Both the position numbers and the translations under genes were made by a program. From contig OZ024743.1 of assembly GCA_964016885.1 (NCBI GenBank), forward strand, positions 122,760,001-122,824,000: a DNA stretch of 64,000 nt, read 5' to 3'. Within the stretch, counting starts at the first letter, position 1, and every line of letters begins with the position of its first letter. The DNA comes from Eledone cirrhosa (lineage: Eukaryota). Positions 29,055 through 41,900 of this stretch are shown here, one piece after another. The notes beneath the pieces were generated by a model, which worked only from the letters and a program-made list of their open reading frames with translations, had not been told where the DNA came from and ran no database searches.

Positions 29055-29425
29055 AGGAAAGAGTAAGAAAGAGTGTGTGGGTGTGAGAAAGAGAGTGTGT
29101 GGGTGTGTAAAGACTGAGTGTGTGGGTGTGAGAAGGAAGTGTGTGGGTGTGAGAAAGAGAGTGTATGGGTGTGAGAAAGAGTAAGAAAGAGTGTGTGGGA
29201 AGTGAGAAAGAGTAAGAAGGAGAATGTGTGTGTGTGAGAAAGAGTAAGATAGAGAGAGAGAGAGAGTGTGTGGGTGTGAGAAAGAGTAAGATAGAGAGAG
29301 TGTGGGTGTGAGAAGGAGTACGAAAGAGAGTGTGTGGGTATGAGAAAGAGTAAGAAAGAGAGTGTGTGGGAGTGAGAAGGAGTAAGATAGTGTGTGGGAG
29401 TGAGAAAGACTGAATGTGTATGGGA
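29055..29425. repeat. Degenerate ~30-bp minisatellite (gtgtgggtgtgagaaagagtaaga...)
   Basis: Direct reading; it explains the 206-aa and 135-aa ORFs in the track. Confidence 0.85.
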
Positions 29426-30172
29426 GAGGGACAAAATACAGAGCCTGTCACCTTTTGATGAGTGAAGGTTTGAAAATTAATTGGATGCCTTTTATTCTTA
29501 GTCTGTGCTCCATGCCAGTTCCGTACGGAGCACTTTAATGGAGATCGTATTTGTGTCGTACCAAAATTGATTAATTGATCTGATCTGAAGTATATTTTCA
29601 TTCTGAAGAGAAACCGTAGGTTTTGTTATTGACGTGTGTCAGCAAGAGAACGACTGACCTAACACATAAAGTAAAACCTATGGCAGTCCTCAGAACTTAT
29701 ATTTAGCTTTATGTTTATAACACAGTCTTCGCCTGTTATTTCACATGTCTTTGTCACTTTCGTTCCTTATTCTTCAATATTATAATAATTTGTCCTCACT
29801 ACATCCAATATATTGATCCAGCTGAATAGGTAAAAATGTCTTCTTACTACAAGGAAGGTTTCTGAAAGAAACGTACGACGTTGTTTCTTCACTGTGTAAG
29901 ATTTATTCAACAGTTTGAACAATTTGTATGTGAATATGTATGTGAGAAAGATATAAGTAACTGAAAAATTAATTCCTCTTCGTTGTTTGGTCCTCGATTA
30001 GACCAAAATAGCAGATAAATACTGTAATTCGTGGGTATAGTAACAAGGTTAACAAACGCAGAAGGGTTAGCTACTCATTCTAATATGCTGTGCACACAAG
30101 ATAGTAGAGTATGATTTGAGGGAGATGTAGCTACTATTTCTAACAGGTCTAACACACACACACACATACACA

Positions 30173-30236
<64 letters not shown>

Positions 30237-31910
30237 CTCTCTCTCTCTCTCTCTCCCTCTCTCTGTCACATACGCACATACACATGTATATATGCATAGA
30301 CTTTGACTGAAATTTGCGGGAGATTTGGTTCCTATTTTTAGCAGGTCTAGCCAATACATACATGCATACATTCATACATGCATACATACCTGAAACAATA
30401 GGGTGTGATTTCGGGTAAATTACTACAGAAGTCTCCCTCGTTGACCAATACATACATAGACATGCACACATAAAATAGAATGGTGTGTCTTGAGGGAGAT
30501 TCAGCTGCTATTTTTTTAAATCTAATATTCCGTTGTCACCCTATTCTACCACCACCAACGCTACCTTTGTATAATTATTTGTCCCTTTCTTTGAAGTTGT
30601 CGTCTTTGTTATTTAGCCTCAGGTTAGTCTTGGCTAATCAGGTATATGATCAAAGATGTTTTATGCACCACTATCTCATCTTGTCCTGTTAATTCCAAAC
30701 TATTATCAAACGTATCATTTTTTAAGCCAGAAAGGTGTGATTTGGTTAATATATCATGTAAGTCAAGAGACGACATATATACTTTCTCGTTGGTTCAAGT
30801 TTATGTGTTTAGTTCAGAGGAAGCAATGGTGTTGAACTGAGGAAAGGAATAAAATTTAGCTAATGAACACAGCGTAACTTTAAGCCTAAAGGTTTGTGTA
30901 GTTATTTAGGATAGATGTGAGAATGACTATATACGGCGACTGACATGATATTGACAATACGCAACGTTAAATTTATTGCGTGAATTACAAACCAATTGAT
31001 GTAATATATTGCATCGTCCCTTTTTCTGAAACTAAAGTTGATACTTTTAGTGTTAAAGAATACAACCAGCAATCTTTTAAATAAAAATATTTTCCTTAAA
31101 ATGTTTTGCGGTTGAAAAAACCTACCCAAACAAATGTTATTTTCAAATTAAACACTAAAGTTAAATCTGAAAGTAATACTCTATAAATATTTGTATTTAA
31201 AGTTTTGCACGATTTCAAAAATGAGGTAAGGAACAAGTAGAAATAAAAAATAAAAATATACTAATAATTAACTGATTTCTATCTATGATTAAATTTAGTC
31301 ATGAATAGCTGATTTGGATTTGTATGACGCCAAGAATCAGTATCACGAGTCATAATGTATAGTGTAATATTATATAATAGAATGTTAGTGTGAGTATGTT
31401 TGTAAAGTAGTTTATTCTATATCGTGTGCTTTCAATTACAAATAAATTCTCGGCCAAATATATGTATGTGAGCGTGTAGCACAGACTGAAAGGGTGATAG
31501 ATAATAATTTGCATGTCTAAACAAAAATAAACGTTTTATGTTGATGATCCTTTCCCTTACAGATATACGTATTCAATCTATTTAAGCATTTATATCTAGT
31601 GTTTTAACTACTATAAGCAATTTTATGCGAATGTTGACATCATTATTGTGTCAAACATAATAATTTCATGCAGACTGATCTATATACCCACCACACGATT
31701 TCCTGAAATTCTCTCCGTACTGCAAATTACTGGATCAGGACAAAGTTTACAATCCTCCCACGAGTGTCATGTTTTTTAACTTATAGTGACATGATTCGTA
31801 TGATATTCTTTCATTAACATGAATATTTTAACAACCTTCAAATTTCATGACATTCCTCTTTGCAACACTACAACTGCTTTCCAGTAGGTTACGTCGCTTT
31901 GCGCCTTCAA

Positions 31911-31997
<87 letters not shown>

Positions 31998-32029
31998 AGT
32001 ATCTATACGTACATACATATAACATATAT

Positions 32030-32272
32030 GTATACAGACGTACAGTAGTATGTATATATATATAAATATATATATACGTACATGCACACATATATATATA
32101 TGTACGTATGGATTCACCGAACATTTATTATAATGCTCGGTGTGTTTGTAAACAAACATCCCGAATTAAGCCGTACAGTGTCTAGCAACAATCGTTGCTC
32201 ATTTGTTCAACACTGACAAAGGAACGCTGTACTAGTTTCAAGCTTATTAGCTATCGTCAGCAATGTATACCT
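32030..32272 (-). mobile_element. Dispersed copy of the 16.2-17.2 kb hammerhead unit
   Basis: Colinear with 16292-16523 (cagacgtacagtagtatg...ccgaacatttattataatg...ttcaagcttattagctatcgtcagca). Confidence 0.8.
32225..32265 (-). ncRNA. Minimal hammerhead motif with GUA cleavage triplet
   Basis: Minus: cattg CTGACGA tagct aata agctt GAAA CTAG TA cagcg; stem I imperfect. Confidence 0.65.
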
Positions 32273-32423
32273 ATATATATAATAAAGAACCTGGAACTAG
32301 CTGCTGAAACGGCAAGGTGACAGTTATCGGGTCACGACTCATTATAATTTAGCTATGCTCTATTATCCCAAGTATCGAGTACTCTATTGAGTAATGGTTT
32401 AACAAGTTTTATCTGGTTCTATC

Positions 32424-32493
<70 letters not shown>

Positions 32494-32692
32494 TTCCCGA
32501 CTATACTTGTTTCACACATGTGGTTAGTAAATAATATTTTTTGGGGGTATTGTTTAATGATTCTGAGGAAATCAGTAGAGAGGAATAAAATGGCACTTCT
32601 CTCTGTATTTGAAGGAAACGTTCGTAAATCTATTACAAAATGTAAGTAAACCCTGGTTATTTTATTCATAATATGTATATATATATATATAT

Positions 32693-32858
32693 AGGAAAAG
32701 AGCCAGGTCCCTCGACAGCTAGGTCTAGCTGTCGAAACGGCCGGAGCTCAGCCATCGGCGTCATGACTCTTTTCCTATGACCCACTCTGCTACCCTAAAT
32801 ATTGAGTACTCGGGTGCGTTATGGTCCATCTGGTATCTTACCACACCCTCTTTGTTAT
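32693..32858 (+). mobile_element. Family H fold-back element in (TA)n
   Basis: tcgacagctag gt ctagctgtcga hairpin, then gaaacggccggagctcagcc...tattgagtactc. Confidence 0.7.
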
Positions 32859-33564
32859 ACATATATATATATACATATATATATATGTATATTCAACACA
32901 CACCCCCCTTAGCAAGTAAAGGCAATTATAGAAGTGTCACAACTAGGGAGCAAATAGTCTATATCCTGATACTAGACATTTTTACTGTTTAATGTACCAG
33001 TCAAATTAATCACAATCTACTAGAGCGAAATGTGTAACAATATTTCTTATTTTACCATCTCTTCTGTCACTCTCACGTGTTTCAATAAATATATAAGGAT
33101 TGCGTCTGTTATAATTTTTTCTTTTATTCTAAATGTATGTATGATTATTACTCCTATACTCTTTTACCTGTTCCAGCCGCCCGTCTGAGGTCACCCCGGG
33201 GCATGTATTTCTATATAATTCATTGTTCTTACAAAGTATATGAGCACATATGCTTCCGGTTTCCCATACATCCTGCTGATTCTTTTTTTCTAACATTCGT
33301 CTCTTTCAGTTTATTGGAGCTAAATGCTATTGAAATATCAATTCATGAGTTGTGATGACATGCTACGTGTAAGTTGTTTTGTTAAGGTGTTATATCTAGA
33401 AAGTTTATTTCGGTGCTATGTGTATCGTCGGTGGAATGTTTACTCAAGTAGAAGATTTTATAATCAATATGACGTCGACAATCCAACGCCTGCTTTATGT
33501 TTAAGAGTTATAAGATTACTGTTTTATTAACCAGGTTTCTCTCTTTTATTAGGTTCCAGTTTTC

Positions 33565-34205
33565 TCTTTTTCATTATGTTCTAAATAAGCGCAGCAGTAT
33601 CGAGTTGTCACATTAACAATGCGTTTGGGTCACAATGTCTGAACGCAGTACCAGGGACTGGTTCACACTCTTCCGCCCCAGTGATTACAACCTTGAAGAT
33701 CAACCACGCGCAGGGCGCCCATCCATCTTCAATGACGAGGCAACTATGTGAGCTGCTAGAGGCGGCCCCACACCAGGCATCATGCAAAGTGCTTGGGGGT
33801 ATCTAAAATATTCATCCTAAATCACTTGCATGCAGTAGGGAAGTTGCGCAAGCTGGATCAATTGGTGCCCCACAATCCGAATGACCGTAATGGTGACAGT
33901 CTGTAGGCAGCTGTGAATTCCCTGCTCTCCTACCATCGTACAACCACCTGGTTACATTCCATTGCCGCTGGGGATGAAAAATGGTGTCTCTACGTTAATG
34001 TCAATCGCAAGCGAACGGAAGTTGAGAAATAGAGTGCACCACAATGGCAAGCAAATGTTGGCCCCCATTCTCGCAAAGCCCTACTGAGCGTGTGATGGGA
34101 CTGGAAAGGTGTCATCGTCTACGAGCTGCTCCCACCAAACACCAGTATAATTTGCGACGTCTGTTGCCAACAACTTCACTGAATGGCGGCGAGAATCGCA
34201 CTGTT
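33565..34205 (+). pseudogene. Degenerate mariner (Mos1/SETMAR-type) transposase
   Basis: DWFTLFRPSDYNLEDQPRAGRPS...LDQLVPHN (WVPHEL-like)...AGDEKWCLYVN...WDWKGVIVYELLPPN; contains stops. Confidence 0.9.
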
Positions 34206-34529
34206 ATCGAGAAAATAAAATAAAATTATATTCAATACTTGTATTTTGAAATATGTTTTGATATATTTTCGTGAAACAGAAGTGGGCTAAGAGATATATT
34301 GCATCAAGTGTATAATATATTTAAGTGTATAATATATATGTAATAAATAAAAATATCAATCATGCTCAATGAACGGAGTACACATGCAAAGGGTCGATTG
34401 GCAACATTGGTAGAGCTATCTTCATTTTAGTGGACTAAAACCTAACAGATAGATTTTAATTCTTGATTTGAAAAAGAAAGGGACCAGGCCATAGCCTTTT
34501 CAGAACGCCCAGAATTGTCAATGTTGTTG

Positions 34530-35130
34530 AGGATAGCTTAATTTTCTGCAGATCAAAGTACATGTTGAATACATGAGCAGGGCAGGAATTTAAGAGAGTA
34601 ACATTTCTAGTGACGAAGGATTGGATGTATTGTTTTGTTCGAGATTTCAGGCTGTAGTAAATGAGCTTTAAGGGGCAACAGTTAAGTGTTGCTGAGTGTG
34701 TGACGTAACTTGGAGGACCATATTAAATTTGTGAAGTGATTGAGAGAGAGGTCACAGTGTATATGTGGGTTCGTGTTTGTACCGTTTATAACAGAAGTCC
34801 AATATCCTTTGATTGAGATTCGGTCACGAATATAACGACTTCATTGCATTGTCTCAGGAGTGTAACTTTATTGTGTAACATTATCCAGTAACTGTTTAGA
34901 GCTAAGATAATTCTGTGCGTTGTTTGGGATGCAGTCTTGTATGTAATACAAATGTGAAGTTAACACGAAAGGTCTGTCATTGGCCGTAATGTCTAGCATT
35001 CGTAGCTAATTTGATGGCTTTAGTTGATTGTTGTTCATGAGCAGGAGGTGGGATAAGGAAAGAGACTGGCTCATAGATTGGATTCATTTAACGGACTTTT
35101 TCGCTCCTGAAATGTAACTGTTGGAATAGT
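34530..35130 (-). mobile_element. Degenerate CR1/L2-like LINE 3' region
   Basis: Minus: QYIQSFVTRNVTLLNSCPAHVFNMYFDLQKIK resembles the SFFPR...WNSLP...FK C-terminal motif. Confidence 0.55.
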
Positions 35131-35343
35131 CTTTTGCGTAACATCGATACTATTAGTACTCATAGAAAACTACAGACAGCAGAGACATCAGAATGTCAAA
35201 ATGCCAGCCATATAATTAGACGAAGATGGTGTGTACCAATCTTTTTAAATTGCAAGACGAATGAAAAAAAAAAGACAAACGTTATTATTCAACCAGTGTC
35301 AGTATATATGTACTATAATATAAGGCATATTTTCTCTACTTAC

Positions 35344-35482
35344 CGTTACTGGATCCTTCAAAACACACTGTCCACTTTTCATTATCATAGGAGTGAGTAA
35401 ATACTCAACCAGTTCACCAGCATCTTTACCACATTTATCTGAGATAGCGCCTTCTATACATTTATGAACGCGTTTCACATTG
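35344..35482 (-). CDS. Internal coding exon C of the same gene
   Basis: Acceptor ttctgatttcag|C, donor ACG|gtaagt; 139 nt = 1+46 codons: NVKRVHKCIEGAISDKCGKDAGELVEYLLTPMIMKSGQCVLKDPVT; ends in phase 0. Confidence 0.88.
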
Positions 35483-36399
35483 CTGAAATCAGAATAACAG
35501 AAAATTATTAAACTGTACGTGTTTATGAAGCAAAAGAGGGATAGTAATGAGTTAGGAATTCAAAAATATTAACAATAAAGAGTGAGTTAAAGAGTGTGTC
35601 TGTGTATGTCTTTCTCTCTGTGTATGTATGTGTGTGTGTGTGTATGTGTGTGTGTGTTTGACGTGTAAGATAAGAGTGGGAGAGAGCGAGATAGAAAGAT
35701 ACATAGATAGATAGAGACAGAGTGAGAGAGAGATAAAGAGATAGATAGATACATAGATAGATAGAGAGAGAGAGAGAAAGAGAGAGAAAGAGAGAGAGAG
35801 GAGAGAGAGAGAGAGGAGAGAGAGGGAGAGAGAGAGAGAGAAACAAGAAAAATACATTCATGAAATGAACATGTGAAAGATCACTCTGGGTTCCATAAGT
35901 TTCAAATTAGTTTGGGATCATTTACTGCAGCTGAAATATAAAACCTCCTCACTGAGTCGTGCCGATGGCATCTAATTTACCATCATGTGACTTCCATACA
36001 GTTAGAGTAATGACATATATCTTGAAAGTTGAGCATAACACCATATTTTCTGTCGTTTAATGTCATAGTACATTAGAGTACATCAAGTAGAAAATATTAG
36101 TTATTCCTATATTTTAGGTCAGCTGTGTTAGAATCAGTTTAGCATCATAATCATTATATAATTCGCAATGATACTGTAGGTACTACAGGCTTTCTGAATC
36201 ACTTAGCTTTAAATCATTAGGCGATTTAAATTGTTAAACCAAGATTTTAGCAAGACTTAATACAATAAATCAAATTCCTCGACAGATATAATGTTCCATC
36301 TCCAGAGAATTAAACTTAGAGAAAGAGATGAGAGTTCTATATCAAGTTGTTTATATGTGTGTACATTCGTAGACATACACATGCACACATATATGCATA

Positions 36400-36435
<36 letters not shown>

Positions 36436-36535
36436 TGTATGTATGTATGTATGTATGTATGTATGTATGTATGTATGCATGTATGTATGTATGTAATGTA
36501 TGTATGTATGTATGTATGTATGTAATGTATGTATG

Positions 36536-36566
<31 letters not shown>

Positions 36567-36929
36567 TGTATGTATGTAATGTATGTATGTATGTATGTAT
36601 GTATGTATGTATGTATGTATGTATGTGGGTGGGTGTGTGTGTGTCTGTGTATGTGTAGTGTATGCATATATTATATGTATGTATGTAGATATTTATGTAT
36701 ATACTTAGTAACAATAGAATAAAGTCACACATACACACACGTGAAAATACATACACACAAACAAGCGTACACGCTCACATATATAGAATCAATAGAAAAA
36801 AATGTCACATTCACACACACGCACTCACTAACGGGCACATATATGCATAAAAAACAAAGAACTCTTTCTCTCTCACACACTATTATGCACACACCAACTA
36901 TATACGACTCAGAGACACCCACGTGCTCA

Positions 36930-37052
36930 TCTTAAATTATATTCATTTTGTGTATAGTAACATGACATGTTTTCTGTTACTAAACATTTACCTACATGTC
37001 GATGATTTACAGGCACAAATACACACACACACACGCACACACACACACGCAT

Positions 37053-37095
<43 letters not shown>

Positions 37096-37103
37096 CACAC
37101 ACA

Positions 37104-37153
<50 letters not shown>

Positions 37154-37482
37154 CACACAAACTAAAGCAATATGGCACATCTACCAATTTCAGCCGTTCG
37201 ACACACACGCACACAACCAGACACATACCTCACCTGAACCCTCCTCTTCGATCCCACTTGAATACCGGACACCTCACCAATCATTCCCAAACTAACAATC
37301 TTTTCCCAACTTTCACACACATGTGCCTACCTCTTTTCTCCCTATACGGACTTTCCTGACAAAAGACTTCCGTCAGAAACATAGACCCCCTACTCCATTT
37401 CCTTTAAGCGTGAACCTTATAAACCTTTCTATCTGTGCACCCCTATGTTTGTTTTGTTTCATCTATCAACTATATATATATG

Positions 37483-37550
<68 letters not shown>

Positions 37551-37563
37551 CGTGTGTCTGTGT

Positions 37564-37615
<52 letters not shown>

Positions 37616-37692
37616 ATGATCGACATGTAGGTAAATGTTTAGTAACAGAAAACGTGTCCTGTTACTATACCCAAAATGAATATAATTTAAGA
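36930..37692. repeat. Inverted repeat: ~74-bp unique arms extended by (CA)n/(TG)n tracts around a ~320-bp spacer
   Basis: 36930-37003 is the reverse complement of 37619-37692. Confidence 0.85.
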
Positions 37693-37769
37693 GATAAAAC
37701 ATGTAAATAGTCTAATATAATCACATAGTCATAGAGAAACCAAGATCTTCGACGGCAAAATCTGCATAT

Positions 37770-37892
37770 TAATTTATGAGTTCAAATCGCGCCAAGGTTA
37801 ACTTTACCTTTCATCCTCATGGGGTCGATGAAATAAAGTACCAGTAATGCACTGGGTAATTGCTGGCCTTGTGCCAAAAGTAGAAACAATTA
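37770..37892 (+). mobile_element. SINE family 1 copy (5' part diverged)
   Basis: gagttcaaatcgcgccaaggttaactttacctttcatcc...ggccttgtgccaaaagtagaaacaatt. Confidence 0.8.
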
Positions 37893-38059
37893 ATTTATAT
37901 AGGTATTTCATTGTACTTAAAAATTTATATATAAAACTCGTTCAATTTCTTTTCATCTCCCATATATGAGTGAAGTCTTGTACCGAATTTAGGAAAACAT
38001 CAGTTAGTTATCAATTTAAGAAAAAAAGACTTTTGTTAACTTCGGACATGAAATGTTTT

Positions 38060-38355
38060 TCACTTGCTGCGACACGTTCTGTGCCTCCAGCTTAGTCGCT
38101 TCGGCCACAAACTCCGGCATCACGGCCCGCCTCGTCGAAGAATGTAAAATAAACAAATACCAGGGTTTGTTCCTCTTCACACCGGTCGTCGTCGAGACCT
38201 CAGGCGTACTTGGACCCCGTACTGCCGAGCTCCTCCGCAAGATCGGAGCGTTAGCGGCCCGTCTGAGCAGGGTGGCTGTTGCAGCGGGTGTCACTAGCGG
38301 GAATGCTTTTGCCGTCTTGTCAGCGGCTCGCAGCACTTCTGCTCTCTTGCCCTAG
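38060..38355 (+). mobile_element. CRE-clade non-LTR retrotransposon, C-terminal restriction-like endonuclease fragment
   Basis: TCCDTFCASSL...VEECKINKYQGLFLFTPVVVETSGVLG...(WLLQRVSLA)...GNAFAVL matches the TCxDT..E..K..KY..F.P..ET.G..G..QR.S....GNA pattern; GC-rich island. Confidence 0.75.
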
Positions 38356-38849
38356 GTTCAAATCCCAATCACACTCCCCTTCACCCTTCCCCTCTCTTCT
38401 GCGACACCAGAGCTCTTGCCTCCCCTCCCCTTCCCGTTCTTTTCTTCTTTCTTTCTCTTTGTTATTCTATATTTCCCTATTCTTTCTTTTCTTTTGTTTC
38501 CCCCCTTTTTTTTAAATATAGATATTGATAGTTATATCAGGATTCAGGGAACCACTATTTTCAATTCATATTCAGAATGCGAAGAGAAAGTCAAATAGAT
38601 TTATATTTGAACGAAGATTAATTCAATAACTATTGAGGTGTATTATTTAAACATCTGTATAGTGTTAATATTATTCACTATCAACCGTTGCTAACAGGGA
38701 AAGCAAATGTTAAACGATGATATTTTCTGTTTGCGAGAAATAAAACCAATTTTCTTACTGAATCATGGCGACCACCTTGTTTAGATCTTTTGACTGTTAT
38801 CCTGGCAAAGTACATCAATACAGAATGAAAGTATATCAACAATTCTTAC

Positions 38850-38979
38850 CTACAAAATACTGCTTCTGATGGGTATTTAAGTTTTGTGAATATAGTCACT
38901 GATTTTTTAATGATTTTGCTAAAACAGTTCTCAGTATGGCTACTGTGGCGAATAAAGCATGTCTGGTAGCGAGCATATT
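38850..38979 (-). CDS. Internal coding exon B of the same gene
   Basis: Acceptor ttttctatttccag|AA, donor TGTAG|gtaaga; 130 nt = 2+42 codons+2: (K)YARYQTCFIRHSSHTENCFSKIIKKSVTIFTKLKYPSEAVFC(S); in frame with exons A and C. Confidence 0.88.
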
Positions 38980-39311
38980 CTGGAAATAGAAAACAGTACA
39001 TTCAAATATCCGTTTAAAAAATATTTAATATGTATGAATTCATTATTATATAATATACATAATATACACGAGTTCCCAATTTTAACTGATTGGGAGGCAT
39101 TTTTAAAGGGCGTAGACATAGCTCACCATGTAAATGAAACGAAGAATTACTGCTGAGATAAACATCCAACACACGTTCTCTTTCAGATGTTATGCCCCCT
39201 GAATACTATTAAAATCCATGTAGCTTCTTCCTGTGTCATTTTCATAACAACATTAATGATAACTTTCAGCAACCTTCGTTCACAAATATTCGATCTGTAT
39301 CGATCTGGCCC

Positions 39312-39812
<501 letters not shown>

Positions 39813-40042
39813 TGCGTGTGTGTATAAGTATAAAGAAAGTGCTCAATCACAGAAATGCTGTAAAGATAGCTTATAAAATTGGGTGAACACTCCTAAAAGA
39901 CGGAAACAGTTGCCATCAGTCGCTATGAGGAAGTGAATATATGGATATTCCAGATACCGGTACTAGGAAAATATGGGGTTCAATTGCTTGTAGCAGCTGA
40001 TGGCAACTTCTTTTTCCGTCATTTAAGGGCCTCCCCTCTCTC

Positions 40043-40240
40043 TCTCTATATATATATATATGTTTATCCCGGGTTCAATCGGGGGTAATCACAATAAGTA
40101 AGGTACTCAATACATAGCAAAGTATAAATATCTAATATAGAAATGGCTTCTACAGAACTAGAACTGTTTCATTCGGAGGATTACTGATGATTTGCTCCGA
40201 ATAAAACAGTTCTAGTCTTGTAGAATCCATTTCTATATTC
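40043..40240 (-). mobile_element. Fold-back element in (TA)n with CTGATGA in its loop
   Basis: IR 40134-40178/40195-40239; CTGATGA at 40184; shares gtattgagtac (minus strand) with family H. Confidence 0.6.
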
Positions 40241-40275
<35 letters not shown>

Positions 40276-40989
40276 ATATATATTTATATTGACATAATTA
40301 TATGTGTGTTTATCCATACTTCATGATTGAGGAACGGCAAGGAACAGAGTGAGGGAGGATGGGGGGGGGGGGGGGGGGTACGAGAATTTAAGACACAGAA
40401 AACAAAGGTGAAATATTTCTGTAATAACATCGTTTACAAATCTATTCATGCGATATAGAGAATGAGATATTTTTGTTTTTATATGTCAATATTTATCCGA
40501 TTATCGACCTCGTTTCCCGTATAAAGAAACACATAAAAAGCGTCGTGTCGTACAAGGAGTTATTTATATGCCCTTAGAACAATATGGGAAACCAAATAAA
40601 AAGTCGAATGGCTGAAGACAGCCTGAATAAGAAATGTTGACATTAGATGTGTCATTTCATTTTATGGTTACTTCTGCATTTCGGTTTAGGTAACCTGTTG
40701 GTTTTCGTATCAATATTTTCATGGATACATTCACAGATATAGTGCTGAAGGGAGAATGTTTAAAATGAAATTTATCTCTTGGCATATATATAATGCTAAA
40801 AAACAAATTAGAGTACTACGTTTTAAAACCTTGACAACAACTTGGAAATAATGTCTCAATGGACATAAAATAAGAAAAAGTGTAGAAATGCCTATCCAAA
40901 TCAGTTAGGAATGTTTCACTACTCGGAAAATATACCGAACATAATAAATTTTCTGTTGGTGAATAAATGAGTAGTTGTAGTATTATATT

Positions 40990-41900
40990 GCTATGTTCTG
41001 CTCGAGAGAAATATACATATATAATCCCTTTATCTGTACAAGGAATTGGGTTGAGGAATTCTCTGTACTTCTTATTTATTAGTTCGAGATTTATCAACAG
41101 TTGTTCTAACAGTTTCACTTGACATCCCGTCCATGACCTTTGTCTAACACAAACTATATATCATATTCCCTTTTGATACACAAATCTTCCCAACTCTTTA
41201 TTTCTAACCAAGCTGTATTCTATATTCCAGCTTCACTTATATTTTCCACCTAAATATGAGCCACAGAACTTGAAGTTACTCTTACTTTAATTTCATCAGA
41301 CTTTTCTGTCTTTATGCAAACTCTCCAGCTATCATCAATTGTTCCAATATCACTGATCCTTTGTCTTCTTTCAGGTCAATGCACATAGCTCCTCTTGACT
41401 GTCTATACTATATCAGTTAACATTTTCACCTACCCGTATCCCGGACCAACACATTGATAATTTAAAGACTCCAACCGGATTTCATTATGCAGCTAGACAG
41501 TCCTGTCTCTATACAAGTTAATACACATCACATATTCCTATTGCACAACACATCCATACATTGTCCAATATTCTGTTACTTCATGTTAGTTAAGCTTTGT
41601 GACCCATTGGAGACAGTTGAAAAATTGGCCGAAACTATCACAAAATTCCGTTGTCCATAACTTCAATATCCTGTAAGAATTTATATTACTTTATCACCGC
41701 AAACCTTGCAAGAAGAGAAAGCGATAATGTTGTATATAACCCATTTTACAGCATTTCTTGCTTTCTAAATTGTAGTGCGTCCGGTTGGTATTATGCAATG
41801 TGTTTACTAACATTTTACTAACGTCTCCCTTTTGCTGAATTAGCTATCTGCATATACACACGTTATCAAGCCGATCCGATATAGTCTTCACATCCGCATT
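40990..41900 (-). mobile_element. Highly degenerate RTE-like LINE
   Basis: Minus-strand traces: VYAD near 41850 and KKYREFLNPIPCTDKG (compare WKKFRELLPLL..KG). Confidence 0.4.

Noticed and set aside
28981-29601. 206-aa ORF
   Set aside because: Mostly a minisatellite translation; only the first 50 codons are unique and are treated as a doubtful exon
30067-30840. Several short ORFs and a thrice-repeated gagggagatt..gct.ctattt motif
   Set aside because: Looks like decayed SINE/LINE tails interleaved with microsatellites; boundaries too eroded to call
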